NCBI GenBank assembly: GCA_051252375.1
Contig: JBPOFY010000002.1
Coordinates: forward strand, 192,001 to 256,000
Reading direction: 5' to 3'
From: Opitutaceae bacterium
GTDB taxonomy: Bacteria; Verrucomicrobiota; Verrucomicrobiia; Opitutales; Coraliomargaritaceae
DNA length: 64,000 nucleotides
The notes under the pieces are model-generated. The model saw only the letters and a list, made by a program, of their open reading frames with translations, was not told the origin of the DNA and did no database searches. The position numbers were made by a program, and so were the translations under genes. Of the stretch, positions 1 through 8,990 are shown piece by piece; positions within the stretch are counted from its first letter, which is position 1; every line of letters starts with the position of its first letter.

Positions 1-1
1 C

Positions 2-238
2 GTCTCCATCGAAGGCGGCGTCGGCGCAGTCCCCATCCAATTCGACAGTATCCCCGCTGCCACCGGCTACACGCTCTACCAAGTCGTGAATGGTAAACAA
101 ATCAAACTCGACCAATCCGTGCACGGCAACGACTTCTGGCAAGTCGACTACGACGCCGCGAAAAACAGCTACAAGTTCACCTACAACCTCGAACTCGACA
201 ACTTAACCACGTCACACTGGATCTTCAAAAAGGACTGA
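2..238 (+). CDS. 3' end of a protein of unknown function (partial, runs off window start)
   Basis: Open frame 2 from base 2 to TGA at 236-238 (VSIEGGVGAVPIQFD...HGNDFWQVDYD...SHWIFKKD*), with host-like C-ending codon bias. Confidence 0.7.
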   Translation, partial: VSIEGGVGAVPIQFDSIPAATGYTLYQVVNGKQIKLDQSVHGNDFWQVDYDAAKNSYKFTYNLELDNLTTSHWIFKKD

Positions 239-295
239 ATCGCCCGGGAACCAATACCGGGAGAGGCATCACAATTCAGGATGCAATACTATCGT

Positions 296-472
296 TCATT
301 TCTGCCAGACTTTTGCCGTCGAGACCGCTGCACCAATTATAACGATAACAGTCAGTGTAATCAGGATCCAACCACCTCCGTTGAAATTCATTTTAAACAG
401 ACCGAATGCTAAAATTATAGCAGTTGAGATCCAAATTGCCGCTGTCGCGATTGATTTTGCTATATCATTCAT
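296..472 (-). CDS. Small 58-aa protein with two predicted transmembrane helices (cassette-like; not in ORF track)
   Basis: Manual translation MNDIAKSIATAAIWISTAIILAFGLFKMNFNGGGWILITLTVIVIIGAAVSTAKVWQK*; the ATG follows the attC-like site at 474-539. Confidence 0.6.
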   Translation of the reverse strand: MNDIAKSIATAAIWISTAIILAFGLFKMNFNGGGWILITLTVIVIIGAAVSTAKVWQK

Positions 473-473
473 T

Positions 474-539
474 TTTCAGTGTAGAGGTGTCTCAAGAAGT
501 GGAGCGCGTATCTAAATTGAGACCATCGCCTAATTAAGC
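474..539 (-). mobile_element. Decayed attC-like site
   Basis: Minus strand GCTTAAT-TAGGCGATG-GTCTCAA...TTGAGAC-ACCTCTAC-ACT: 66 bp, internal inverted repeat, same layout as attC5 (AAC-AAGGCGATGG...ATCTCGAC-G); both cores mutated. Confidence 0.6.
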
Positions 540-540
540 T

Positions 541-918
541 TTATTTTTGAGGAAGGATGACTCTCCTACGAGGCATGCCTGTTGCGCTGATCTGGTCGAT
601 TTGAACCTCCTTATTCATTTCGATTTTAATACCAACAGTCACTTTTCGAAATTTAGTGCACGGGATATATTCTCCATCCGCATTCATTTCTTTTGTTTCA
701 TATGGGACGATCTTTTCACCGTATTCTGCAAAATACCACTGATGATCATCCCTGTCTGATTGAAGTTCGATAGATGTAATTTCTTTCCCTTCAGGCAGTT
801 GCTCGAAGGCAAGATCAAGGGCCTCTTTAATACTGATTTTTGATTCCGAATGCGCAAACCCAGCATTCAGGACAAGGGTAACTAGTGAGAAGTAGATTAC
901 TTTATGTAGATGTGTCAT
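541..918 (-). CDS. Secreted hypothetical protein (cassette-like)
   Basis: 125-aa ORF, N-terminal signal peptide (…LNAGFAHS), AT-richer than the neighbouring housekeeping genes. Confidence 0.7.
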   Translation of the reverse strand: MTHLHKVIYFSLVTLVLNAGFAHSESKISIKEALDLAFEQLPEGKEITSIELQSDRDDHQWYFAEYGEKIVPYETKEMNADGEYIPCTKFRKVTVGIKIEMNKEVQIDQISATGMPRRRVILPQK

Positions 919-927
919 AATATTTCT

Positions 928-966
928 GCCTGACGTGATGCTCTGCCCAATAGCGCGTGGATAAAT
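928..966 (-). mobile_element. Internally deleted attC-like remnant
   Basis: Minus strand ATTTATC-CACGCGCT-ATTGGGCAGAGCATCAC-GTCAGGC; resembles both ends of attC8 (AAC-CAGTCGCT...CCAGAGCTCATC-GTC). Confidence 0.45.
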
Positions 967-967
967 T

Positions 968-1354
968 CTATTTCTGTTTCGCCCAAGTTGCCTGATGGAC
1001 GGTCCGCCCCTTTACATGTAAGGTTTGATGGTGAATGAGCACAAATCCGTTCTTTTTGTGTTTCATCTTATTTTCTTCGAAAGCTGCGGTTGAGATTCCG
1101 TGGTTCGACCAAAACCAGAAACGTCCGCCTGGAATCTCGGCATAATATGCACGGTAGAGTATTTCGTTTCTGTCCGATAACTTCGCTTCAACGACGACGG
1201 GATACAGAGACCGACTCCTTCGGTCGAACAGCTCTTGATATTCATGCCCATCCATCCACGACGTGAACCCGACTTCACTCTTTTTAGGTAACATGACACA
1301 TGACGTTAAGCCCATCATGAACAGCAGAACTGCTATGGTTAATATGTTCTTCAT
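968..1354 (-). CDS. Hypothetical lipoprotein (cassette-like)
   Basis: 128-aa ORF with lipobox-like LTSC; preceded by GTTAGAT core (1361-1367) 7 bp before the ATG. Confidence 0.7.
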   Translation of the reverse strand: MKNILTIAVLLFMMGLTSCVMLPKKSEVGFTSWMDGHEYQELFDRRSRSLYPVVVEAKLSDRNEILYRAYYAEIPGGRFWFWSNHGISTAAFEENKMKHKKNGFVLIHHQTLHVKGRTVHQATWAKQK

Positions 1355-1515
1355 ACTCTTATCTAACAGTATTATAATATCTCTTCGCTCAGATTTTGAG
1401 GTTGAGGCGGATTAAGCGAATAAAACGGCGGATAAGACCTTGCTGCAATCTATTTCATGTGGCGTTTGGTAAGAGATGACATGCCCAATGAAACGAGCAG
1501 CATTACCTATCTCAC

Positions 1516-1550
1516 AAAAAAACAGGCGCATCCCGAAGGATGCGCCTGTT
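1516..1550 (-). terminator. Rho-independent terminator of the BMC operon
   Basis: 13-bp stem AACAGGCGCATCC/GGATGCGCCTGTT, cUUCGg loop on the minus strand, then a U-tract, just after the mdh stop. Confidence 0.85.
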
Positions 1551-1572
1551 GTGAAAGGAGATGTCGAACGAA

Positions 1573-2568
1573 CTAGATCGTGAGACCTAGTTGACCGAAT
1601 GCGACTTTACGCTCTTCAAGAAGCTCTTCATTAGAAGCGGCGATCTTTTCCTTCGCGTAGTCTGTGAGGCTGATGCCTTCAACGACGCGCCATTTGCCGA
1701 CTGCGTCGACCTTGATTGGCAGCGATGTAATGATGCCGGCTGGTGTGCCGTATTCGCCACTTGAAAGCACGCAGACACTGTGGAAATCACCACGTGTAGG
1801 TGTGCACAAATCGCGAACTGTATCGACCACGGCATTGGCAGCGGAAGCAGCGGATGATGCGCCACGGGCAGCAATGATCGCTGCACCACGTGTGCCTACG
1901 TCAGGAACGAAAGTATCTTTCAACCAAGCGTCGTCAGTGATGACGTCTGTCGCTTTGTTGCGGCCGATCTTAGTATTAAAGAAATCAGGGAACATCGTTG
2001 GGCTGTGATTGCCCCAAATGCAAAGTTCGGAAATTTCGCTAACAGGAACGCCTGCCTTTTGAGCGAGTTGTGTCTTCGCACGGTTCTCGTCGAGACGAGT
2101 CATGGCGAAGAATTGCTCATTAGGGATATCTGGTGCGCTCTTCATGGCGATGAGGCAGTTGGTGTTGCAAGGGTTACCCACAACAACTACGCGGCAAGTT
2201 GACTTGGCGTTGTCGTTGATTGCTTTACCTTGGCCCACAAAGACCTTGCCGTTGATGCCGAGTAAGTCAGCACGCTCCATACCCTTCTTACGAGGCACAG
2301 AACCAACGAGGAGTGCCCAATCGCAATCCTTGAAACCAACGCTCAAATCGGCTGTCTGCACGATCTCGGTGAGCAGTGGGAACGCACAGTCGTCGAGTTC
2401 CATAGCAACACCCTTGAGTGGTGCCAAACCTGGCTCGATTTCGACGAGGTTCAGTGCAACTGGTTGATCCGGACCAAACATGGCACCCGATGCAATGCGG
2501 AATAACAATGCGTAACCGATATTACCGGCTGCACCTGTGACTGCGACACGTATAGGAGATTTTTTCAT
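1573..2568 (-). CDS. mdh: Malate dehydrogenase (type 2, Thermus/cytosolic-like)
   Basis: [57 protein letters not shown] motifs. Confidence 0.92.
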   Translation of the reverse strand: MKKSPIRVAVTGAAGNIGYALLFRIASGAMFGPDQPVALNLVEIEPGLAPLKGVAMELDDCAFPLLTEIVQTADLSVGFKDCDWALLVGSVPRKKGMERADLLGINGKVFVGQGKAINDNAKSTCRVVVVGNPCNTNCLIAMKSAPDIPNEQFFAMTRLDENRAKTQLAQKAGVPVSEISELCIWGNHSPTMFPDFFNTKIGRNKATDVITDDAWLKDTFVPDVGTRGAAIIAARGASSAASAANAVVDTVRDLCTPTRGDFHSVCVLSSGEYGTPAGIITSLPIKVDAVGKWRVVEGISLTDYAKEKIAASNEELLEERKVAFGQLGLTI

Positions 2569-2610
2569 AGCGATATTATATTGAGTTTAAAATGTTCAGC
2601 TTGCTCGCAA

Positions 2611-3699
2611 TTAGGAGAGCTTGCTCATGATCATGTCAGTGATCTTTTGAACCAATGCATCATCCACATCACCGGCTGGTGCGGAACCAACGGGACATCC
2701 ACATGACGGAGCGGCTGGCTGTGGTGTGGTGCGAACTGTGAATTCGCCTGCGTCGCAGAGTTCACACTCTTTGAGTTCGTCGAGGCGGTGATCTGGCATG
2801 CCGAGCTTCTGACGGATTTCGATGAGCTCCTTGAGCTTGTCTGGACCGTATTGCTTTGGACCACCGATTTGCATAGTGATCGTTACAGTGTGGCAGAAAG
2901 CGTCAGTGTTTTCCATCTTCCAGTAAGCGTCTTCGACGTCCTTACCCCAGCAGATAACACCGTGGTTTTGCATAAGGATGGACTGGTGCTTCTTAGCAAG
3001 CTTGGCAACTTCGCTCGCATTGGCTGGAGAGCCTGGAGTCTGGTAGCTAGCGAAACCGATTTCACCGAGGAACACTTCTGGCTCTGGGATGAGGCAGGCA
3101 GGAGGTGTGACACCAGCCACGGCGAAAGCTGTGGCGTAAATTGGGTGAGCGTGCACGCAAGACTTAGCCTTGGGCTCGTTCTTCATGATGGCCAAGTGTG
3201 TGTTGACTTCAGATGTGCGTGGGCGTGTGCCTGCAACTTGGTTACCATCGAGATCTACCATGCAGATGTCGTCCGGAGCCATGAAACCTTTGGAAATAAG
3301 TGTCGGTGTGCAAAGCACGAGGTTGTCACCTACGCGGACAGTGATGTTACCACCGTTACCGTCGACGTAACCTTTGTTCCAGATACGCTCGCCGATTTTG
3401 CACATGCGCTCTTTGAGTGCTTGGATCTCGGGTGAGTAGAAGAACTTTTCCAATTCACCAGCAGTCTTTGGATCGCCGCCTGGCTTCCAGCTGTATTCCG
3501 CATCAGGAAGGATTGGGTTGTGGATACGTGGTGAACTGCCGCCTTGGGCTGCAGGTGCCGCGCTAGCTGATGCTTTTGGTGCCTTGCGAAGGATATCGCG
3601 AGCCATAGGCGTGAGCTTTGCATTGGCAGGGATGGTCGAGAGGCATTTGCCTTGCTCGATCATTTTTTCGAGGTCTTTCGCTGTATATAATTTGCTCAT
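2611..3699 (-). CDS. Class II aldolase (fuculose/rhamnulose-1-phosphate aldolase) of the PV-BMC, with C-terminal encapsulation peptide
   Basis: GNGGNIT, TSEVNTH, VHAHP, QNHG zinc motifs; C-terminal amphipathic DDALVQKITDMIMSKL. Confidence 0.88.
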   Translation of the reverse strand: MSKLYTAKDLEKMIEQGKCLSTIPANAKLTPMARDILRKAPKASASAAPAAQGGSSPRIHNPILPDAEYSWKPGGDPKTAGELEKFFYSPEIQALKERMCKIGERIWNKGYVDGNGGNITVRVGDNLVLCTPTLISKGFMAPDDICMVDLDGNQVAGTRPRTSEVNTHLAIMKNEPKAKSCVHAHPIYATAFAVAGVTPPACLIPEPEVFLGEIGFASYQTPGSPANASEVAKLAKKHQSILMQNHGVICWGKDVEDAYWKMENTDAFCHTVTITMQIGGPKQYGPDKLKELIEIRQKLGMPDHRLDELKECELCDAGEFTVRTTPQPAAPSCGCPVGSAPAGDVDDALVQKITDMIMSKLS

Positions 3700-3728
3700 A
3701 ATGTTTGTATGTTGAATCGTTTAAAAAA

Positions 3729-4031
3729 TTAAGACTTTGATGGGGGGGTGTATTTAAAGGTATCAAGGAGCGCTACGGTGATCGCATCCAGTGGTATAGA
3801 TCTATCGAAGGGTTGCATGGCTTCGGCGCCCTCTACGTAGAGCACTTCGTCCCCTAGCCCAGCGCCGAGGTTGTCAAAGGCGACCAAGGAAAATGCTTCG
3901 GAAACTGGGTTCTTATTGGTTCGAGTCAGTTCATCGCTGCCCATTGGAGAAATCATCACCCAACGACCGCCCTTGAAGCTGGGGTCGCCAGCAGCAAGTG
4001 TCACTGTGCCTATGATTCTTCCGGGTTTCAT
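3729..4031 (-). CDS. BMC vertex pentamer (EutN/CcmL family)
   Basis: Start reassigned to MKPGRIIGTVT; DNLGAGLGDEV and PLDAITVALLD motifs. Confidence 0.85.
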   Translation of the reverse strand: MKPGRIIGTVTLAAGDPSFKGGRWVMISPMGSDELTRTNKNPVSEAFSLVAFDNLGAGLGDEVLYVEGAEAMQPFDRSIPLDAITVALLDTFKYTPPSKS

Positions 4032-4032
4032 A

Positions 4033-4287
4033 CTAGTCGACGAGTCCCATGACTTGATTGCGGATTGGTGAATGATTGTCGTGCACCGTATCCTGTGTCC
4101 AGGAACCGTCGGTGGTGATAAACACTCTCGAATGTATGCCAGCTCCGAGTGTGTCGATAGCGGCAAACGGAGATCCTTCGCTCGCGCCAGTCTCATCGAT
4201 CGGTGTGCAAAGCACAATCGTCCGACCTTTGAGACTGGGGTGACCAATGCTGGTAACAGCGTGGCCATCTATGCGAGCGAGAATCAT
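4033..4287 (-). CDS. BMC vertex pentamer (EutN/CcmL family)
   Basis: MILARIDGHAV...AIDTLGAG...PIRNQVMGLVD. Confidence 0.88.
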   Translation of the reverse strand: MILARIDGHAVTSIGHPSLKGRTIVLCTPIDETGASEGSPFAAIDTLGAGIHSRVFITTDGSWTQDTVHDNHSPIRNQVMGLVD

Positions 4288-4299
4288 GTTTTTTTTTTA

Positions 4300-4343
4300 A
4301 AAGCTGAAATCTGAAAGCTAAAATGCTGAGATTAGAAAGCTGA
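4300..4343. repeat. Degenerate 7-bp tandem repeat (AAAGCTG-like) in an intergenic spacer
   Basis: aaagctg aaatctg aaagcta aaatgctg agattag aaagctg. Confidence 0.6.
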
Positions 4344-4346
4344 ACG

Positions 4347-5789
4347 TTAACGAACGATGTTCAAGTTGTTGACCAATGTGCAACGGCGGTAACGAGTGAA
4401 GGTGCGTGGCGTAGTGATGCCCTCACCTGTCGTTGTCGCGATTGAGAAGCTGATAAAGCCTTCACCACCGAGACCGAGACCTGCTAAACAAGGACCGTTC
4501 TTGACGAAGATTGTGGTGTCCATGGCCTGTCCCATTTCAGTCATACGAGCGACATTCATGGTGTGGATCATGGCAGAGTGCTTGTCGCCATGCTCAGATT
4601 GCTTAGCGATGCTAAGACCTTGAGCGAAGTCATTGGCACGAACGATTGGCAGCAACGGCATCATTTGTTCTTCTTGAACGAATGGATCGTTGGCATCGGT
4701 TTCAGCGATGAGCATTTCAACCTTAGTATCGAGGTCCAAGCCTGCGATACGTGCAAGTGCATCTGGATTTGCGCCGACCCACTTACGGTTAAGAACCGGA
4801 GTGCCACAGCCTACGCCGTTCTTATAATCGAAGACTTCTTTTTTAATTGCTTCGAGCTGCTGTGCATTGAGGAGCACCGCACCTTGGCGTTGCATTGCCG
4901 CAAGCGTCTTTTGATACGAGTCACCGACTGCGATGATTTGTTTCTCACCGATGCAGAGCAAATTGTTGTCGAAACCACCACCAGCGATGATGTCGCGAGC
5001 GACACGGTCGAAGTCGAGTGAGTTGCAATCGTCAACGAGCACTGGAGGATTACCAGGGCCTGCGCAAATTGCGCGTTTGCCAGTCTTCATCGCAGCATCA
5101 ACAACACCAGGACCGCCAGTGATGCAGAGCATGTTGACGTCGTCATGTGTGCAGAGCGCGTTGAATGAGTCGAGGGAAGGCTTCTCAATCGTGCAGAGCA
5201 GATTGGAGATACCAGTTTCGGCTTTGATCGCTTCGTTGAACTCGTTAATTGCGAGTGCAGCAACTGCGGCACCACCTGGATGCGGATTAAAGACGATCGA
5301 GTTACCAGCAGCGACCATGTTGACGATGTTGCCAGCGATAGTCGGCACAGAGTGTGTCAGCGGAGTGACACCTACGATGACGCCCCAAGGAGCGGCTTCG
5401 TCCATTGTGATACCGAAATCACCACTCATGCCTTGCGGCGTGAGATACTCGGGTCCGAGCACATTTTGCACACCCTGAAGCTTCGCAGGTTTGTGCGCAA
5501 GGCGACCAATTTTGGTTTCGTTAAACTCGATCTGTCCCCAACGCTCAGCGTTAGCAACACACATCTTCTTAACGAGATCGACGATCTGCTTACGAGCGGC
5601 CCAGCCTTTTTTCTGGAGCTGCTCAAAACCACTACGTGCTGCTGCCACGGCTTGATCGGGGTCGTCAAAGACACCGTGTTTGCCGGGGCGAGTTTGGATA
5701 GTCGGCATCGATAGCCCACCCTTGGATTGCATCTGTGCGAGCACTTCACTCACTACTTTACGAATCGCTGCTTCATTCAATTGACTCAT
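4347..5789 (-). CDS. CoA-acylating aldehyde dehydrogenase (EutE/PduP-like, lactaldehyde), N-terminal encapsulation peptide
   Basis: TGGPGVV, AGPGNPP, FDNNLLCIGEK, EEQMMP, TTGEGIT motifs; N-terminal LNEAAIRKVVSEVLAQM. Confidence 0.92.
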   Translation of the reverse strand: MSQLNEAAIRKVVSEVLAQMQSKGGLSMPTIQTRPGKHGVFDDPDQAVAAARSGFEQLQKKGWAARKQIVDLVKKMCVANAERWGQIEFNETKIGRLAHKPAKLQGVQNVLGPEYLTPQGMSGDFGITMDEAAPWGVIVGVTPLTHSVPTIAGNIVNMVAAGNSIVFNPHPGGAAVAALAINEFNEAIKAETGISNLLCTIEKPSLDSFNALCTHDDVNMLCITGGPGVVDAAMKTGKRAICAGPGNPPVLVDDCNSLDFDRVARDIIAGGGFDNNLLCIGEKQIIAVGDSYQKTLAAMQRQGAVLLNAQQLEAIKKEVFDYKNGVGCGTPVLNRKWVGANPDALARIAGLDLDTKVEMLIAETDANDPFVQEEQMMPLLPIVRANDFAQGLSIAKQSEHGDKHSAMIHTMNVARMTEMGQAMDTTIFVKNGPCLAGLGLGGEGFISFSIATTTGEGITTPRTFTRYRRCTLVNNLNIVR

Positions 5790-5811
5790 GTAAATATCCT
5801 GTTCTTAAGGT

Positions 5812-6126
5812 TTAACTGTTCTTCGCCTCGTAAGTTTTCTTACCGAGGATGCTAACTGTATCGACGAGACCGATAATCGCGGCATCCACGGGGAGTGCTT
5901 TCAGGCCTTCGGCTTGACGAGCTGAACTCCCTTGGGCAAGCATCACCAATTCTCCTTCGCCGGCTCCCAGCGTATCAATCGCGACAATCGTATTGTTGCC
6001 GGGCTTGAATTTGCTGGGGTCTGCCGGGTCGACTAGCATAGGGCGCACCATGAGGAGCTTACGCCCCCGCATGGTCTCGTCCTTTTTAGTCGAAACGACG
6101 GATCCGATGACTAATGCCAGATACAT
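5812..6126 (-). CDS. BMC vertex pentamer (EutN/CcmL family)
   Basis: VIGSVVSTKK, VAIDTLGAGEGE, QGSSAR, PVDAAIIGLVD. Confidence 0.92.
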   Translation of the reverse strand: MYLALVIGSVVSTKKDETMRGRKLLMVRPMLVDPADPSKFKPGNNTIVAIDTLGAGEGELVMLAQGSSARQAEGLKALPVDAAIIGLVDTVSILGKKTYEAKNS

Positions 6127-6131
6127 CGGGT

Positions 6132-6440
6132 TTACTTACTAGCTGCGCGTTTTGCAGCTGGTTTGAGAGCAGGAACAATCACTTCTACATCGTCGTGTGG
6201 ACGAGCAATTGTGTGTGCACTGACAACTTCACCGTAACGGCCAGCTGTTTCAGCACCTGTTTCGATCGCTGCGTTCACCGCTGCGATGTCACCAGTGATG
6301 ACGACGCTCACAAGTGCGCTACCGACACCCTTCATAGGGCCAGTGAGTTCAATGTTTGCAGACTTAAGCATCGCATCTGTGCCAAGCACAAGTGCAGTGA
6401 GACCTTTAGTTTCGAGAATTCCGATTGCTTGTTTTGCCAT
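6132..6440 (-). CDS. BMC shell hexamer (BMC-H)
   Basis: AIGILETKG, DAMLKSA, GDIAAV, IARPH; short basic C-terminal tail. Confidence 0.92.
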   Translation of the reverse strand: MAKQAIGILETKGLTALVLGTDAMLKSANIELTGPMKGVGSALVSVVITGDIAAVNAAIETGAETAGRYGEVVSAHTIARPHDDVEVIVPALKPAAKRAASK

Positions 6441-6497
6441 AATATTATGTTGGGTTGAGTAATTATTGTTTAGATTGATTGCTTTGAAATTTAATGA

Positions 6498-7682
6498 CTA
6501 CCGAGACTGAATGTTGCGGTAGACTTCGCGAGCGATGACGAGCTCCTCGTTGGCCGGGATAACGACCACTTTGATGGATGAATCCGCTGTGCTGATAACA
6601 CCCTCGGCGCCGCGAATGACTTTCGCGTTGGCTTCGGGATCGATCTTAACGCCGAGCCCTTCGAGGCCGGAGCAGACAGTGGCACGCAGTTCAGGATCGT
6701 TTTCACCCATGCCTGCGGTAAATGAAATCACTTCGGCACCGCCCATCTTGAAGAAGAAGGAACCGGCCCAGTGACGGATGCTATCGATCAGGAGATCGAC
6801 GGCGAGTTGTGCGTTGGCGTTGCCAGCTTCGGCGGCTTCGCGAATGTCGCGAGCGTCGTTGCTAACTTCGGAGATACCGAGCAAGCCACTCTCTTTATTG
6901 AGTTGGCGCTCTGCTTCTTCGATCGAAAGGCCGAGCATCTTACTAACGTAAGGAATGGCCATTGAATCGAGATCACCGACGCGGTTGTTTTGTGGTAAAC
7001 CACTTTGCGGGCTGAAGCCCATACTGGAACCAATGGCGACACCATTGTTAATCCCGACGACGGAGCTACTACCACCAAGGTGGCAAGAGATCACACGAAC
7101 GGGCGAACCAGTATATTCTCCGGGACCGTCGACGTAGAGTCGGCGTGCACGCTCGGCCACAACATCGTTACCAACCAGCTCAGCTGAGCGTTCGGCAATG
7201 AATTTGTGACTCGCACCGTGAAAACCGTAACGACGGATACCCAAGTCACGCCATGCTTTAGGGATGGCGTAAGTCGTCGATGCTTCACTCGCCCATTGGA
7301 AAAATGCAGTCTCAAAGAGAGCGACACGTTTCACATCGGGAAGTTTTTCGGCGAAGCAACGAATACCTTCGGCGTAGGCGGGGTTGTGGGCAGGAGCCAC
7401 TTCCTTGAAGCCGTTTAGGGCTTCAAGGACGCGCTCGTCTGCTTCAACACAGCCACTGAGATCTTTTCCCAGCACGGTTTTAAAACCGACTGCGTCCAGA
7501 TCTTCACCGGACTGAAGATGGCCATCGCCAACTAGGGTCTCGAGCATTTCCTCAATACACGGGGTGTATTCAGTGACGCGTTCGAAACCACCATCTGCCA
7601 ATTGATTGGCGACAGTATCGCTCATCTCAAAAAGACGATACTTGAAGGAGGTGGAACCTAGATTGGCGATGAGTATCTTCAC
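6498..7682 (-). CDS. ackA: Acetate/propionate kinase family protein (probable lactyl-phosphate kinase)
   Basis: ANLGSTSFKY, APAHNP, RRYGFHGASH, CHLGGSSS, TAGMGEN, ANEE. Confidence 0.88.
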   Translation of the reverse strand: MKILIANLGSTSFKYRLFEMSDTVANQLADGGFERVTEYTPCIEEMLETLVGDGHLQSGEDLDAVGFKTVLGKDLSGCVEADERVLEALNGFKEVAPAHNPAYAEGIRCFAEKLPDVKRVALFETAFFQWASEASTTYAIPKAWRDLGIRRYGFHGASHKFIAERSAELVGNDVVAERARRLYVDGPGEYTGSPVRVISCHLGGSSSVVGINNGVAIGSSMGFSPQSGLPQNNRVGDLDSMAIPYVSKMLGLSIEEAERQLNKESGLLGISEVSNDARDIREAAEAGNANAQLAVDLLIDSIRHWAGSFFFKMGGAEVISFTAGMGENDPELRATVCSGLEGLGVKIDPEANAKVIRGAEGVISTADSSIKVVVIPANEELVIAREVYRNIQSR

Positions 7683-7702
7683 AGAAAACGTTGGTTAAAT
7701 AA

Positions 7703-7981
7703 TTATCCGATCCAGCTTCCGAGTTTCGAAAGGTCGTCGTGTGGGCGAGGAATCACTTGAACAGCGACTACTTCACCGATCGCGCCGGCTGCATCTGCAC
7801 CTGCTTCAACCGCAGCTTTAACAGCAGCGACATCGCCTGTGAAGAAAGCAGTGACAAGACCACTTCCGATTTTTTCCCAGCCAGACATTGTTACGTCAGC
7901 GGATTTTAGTGCGGCATCGGATGCTTCCATGAGGCATACGAACCCCTTGCACTCGATCATTCCTATTGCTTGTTTAGCCAT
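7703..7981 (-). CDS. BMC shell hexamer (BMC-H)
   Basis: AIGMIECKG, IGSGLV, GDVAAVKAAV, VIPRPH. Confidence 0.93.
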   Translation of the reverse strand: MAKQAIGMIECKGFVCLMEASDAALKSADVTMSGWEKIGSGLVTAFFTGDVAAVKAAVEAGADAAGAIGEVVAVQVIPRPHDDLSKLGSWIG

Positions 7982-8001
7982 AATATTTGTTTCCCTAAGG
8001 G

Positions 8002-8271
8002 TTAAGCTTGAAAGTATTTAAGCAGATCCTCGTGAGGACGTGCGATGATGTGAGAAGCTACCAACTCGCCTGCGCGGTTTGCGGCTTCTGCACCAGCTTC
8101 GACGGCTGCTTTTACGCTGCCGACATCTCCTTTAACGAGAACGGTTAAAAAACCGCCGCCGATGGAGATTTGTTTTACAAGGCTAACAGATGCTGCCTTG
8201 GCCATTGCGTCACTTGCTTCAATAGAGCCAGTGAGGCCTTTTGTTTCTACCAATCCGATGGATTCACTCAT
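8002..8271 (-). CDS. BMC shell hexamer (BMC-H)
   Basis: IGLVETKG, DAMAKAA, GDVGSVKAAV, IIARPH. Confidence 0.93.
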   Translation of the reverse strand: MSESIGLVETKGLTGSIEASDAMAKAASVSLVKQISIGGGFLTVLVKGDVGSVKAAVEAGAEAANRAGELVASHIIARPHEDLLKYFQA

Positions 8272-8315
8272 GATATTTTTTGGTTTGTGGTTATGTGTGT
8301 TGAAATGAGAGTTGT

Positions 8316-8990
8316 TTATTTAATCAGCTCGCAAGGTGTGTCTTGACTGAAGCCACATGCATTACCCTCGTCAGTGTCGATGTGCACTTCCAGCTTAAAG
8401 GAAGGATCTACGCGAACGAAGATGCGGTCAAAAGTGACACCGAGGTCACCGCCGACGCGGAGCTTCATAAAAGATTTGTTTTCGACGCCGTAATGTTTGG
8501 CATCATCAGGGTGCATGTGCACGTGTGGCGCGGCGCGGATGACGCCCTTGTCCATCTTAAGGAAACCCGCAGGCCCCATCAACATGCAACCAGGTGTGCC
8601 TTCGATATCGCCGGAGTTGCGAGTCGGGATTTCGAAGCCGAGCGAAATCGCATCGGTGAGTGCCAACTCCACCTGATCGAAGTCGCGACACGGACCTAGA
8701 ATGCGGAGGTTTGAAATAACACGACTACGCGGACCGATCATCGTGACGGACTCTTGAGCGGCGTATTGGCCGTCCATATAAAGATCTTTTTTCGGTGTCA
8801 GCGTGTGACCTTTACCAAAAAGCACTTCAACGGATGCTTGAGATAGGTGACAGTGTCTTGCACTGATGTTGACAACGAGTGGATTCGGGCCTCCCGAAGC
8901 GCTTAAAGCACTGCTACCAGCCGCATTACGTAGCAAGCTGGAACGCACTAGCTGCTCTACTTGGGCACGATTTAAGGGTGTATGACTCAT
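8316..8990 (-). CDS. pduL: Phosphate propanoyltransferase (PduL) with N-terminal encapsulation peptide
   Basis: ISARHCHLS, GQYAAQE, ILGP, HVHM, HIDTDEGNA; ATG at 8990 preferred to GTG at 9023. Confidence 0.9.
   Translation of the reverse strand: MSHTPLNRAQVEQLVRSSLLRNAAGSSALSASGGPNPLVVNISARHCHLSQASVEVLFGKGHTLTPKKDLYMDGQYAAQESVTMIGPRSRVISNLRILGPCRDFDQVELALTDAISLGFEIPTRNSGDIEGTPGCMLMGPAGFLKMDKGVIRAAPHVHMHPDDAKHYGVENKSFMKLRVGGDLGVTFDRIFVRVDPSFKLEVHIDTDEGNACGFSQDTPCELIK

Noticed and set aside
240..298. Third decayed attC after the 58-aa ORF
   Set aside because: Only AATGAAC and a 5-bp inverted repeat; too weak to call.
1368..1445. Second attI or intI remnant upstream of the fossil array
   Set aside because: TATAATACT-GTT only loosely resembles the real attI and no integrase fragment could be read nearby; unresolved rather than supported.
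3729..4268. 179-aa ORF as listed in the track
   Set aside because: The first 79 codons overlap the upstream EutN gene in another frame; the real protein starts at MKPGRIIG (4031).
4289..4298. T10 run as a phase-variation or frameshift site
   Set aside because: Intergenic A-rich leader before a EutN gene; no ORF is disrupted and nothing shows length variation.
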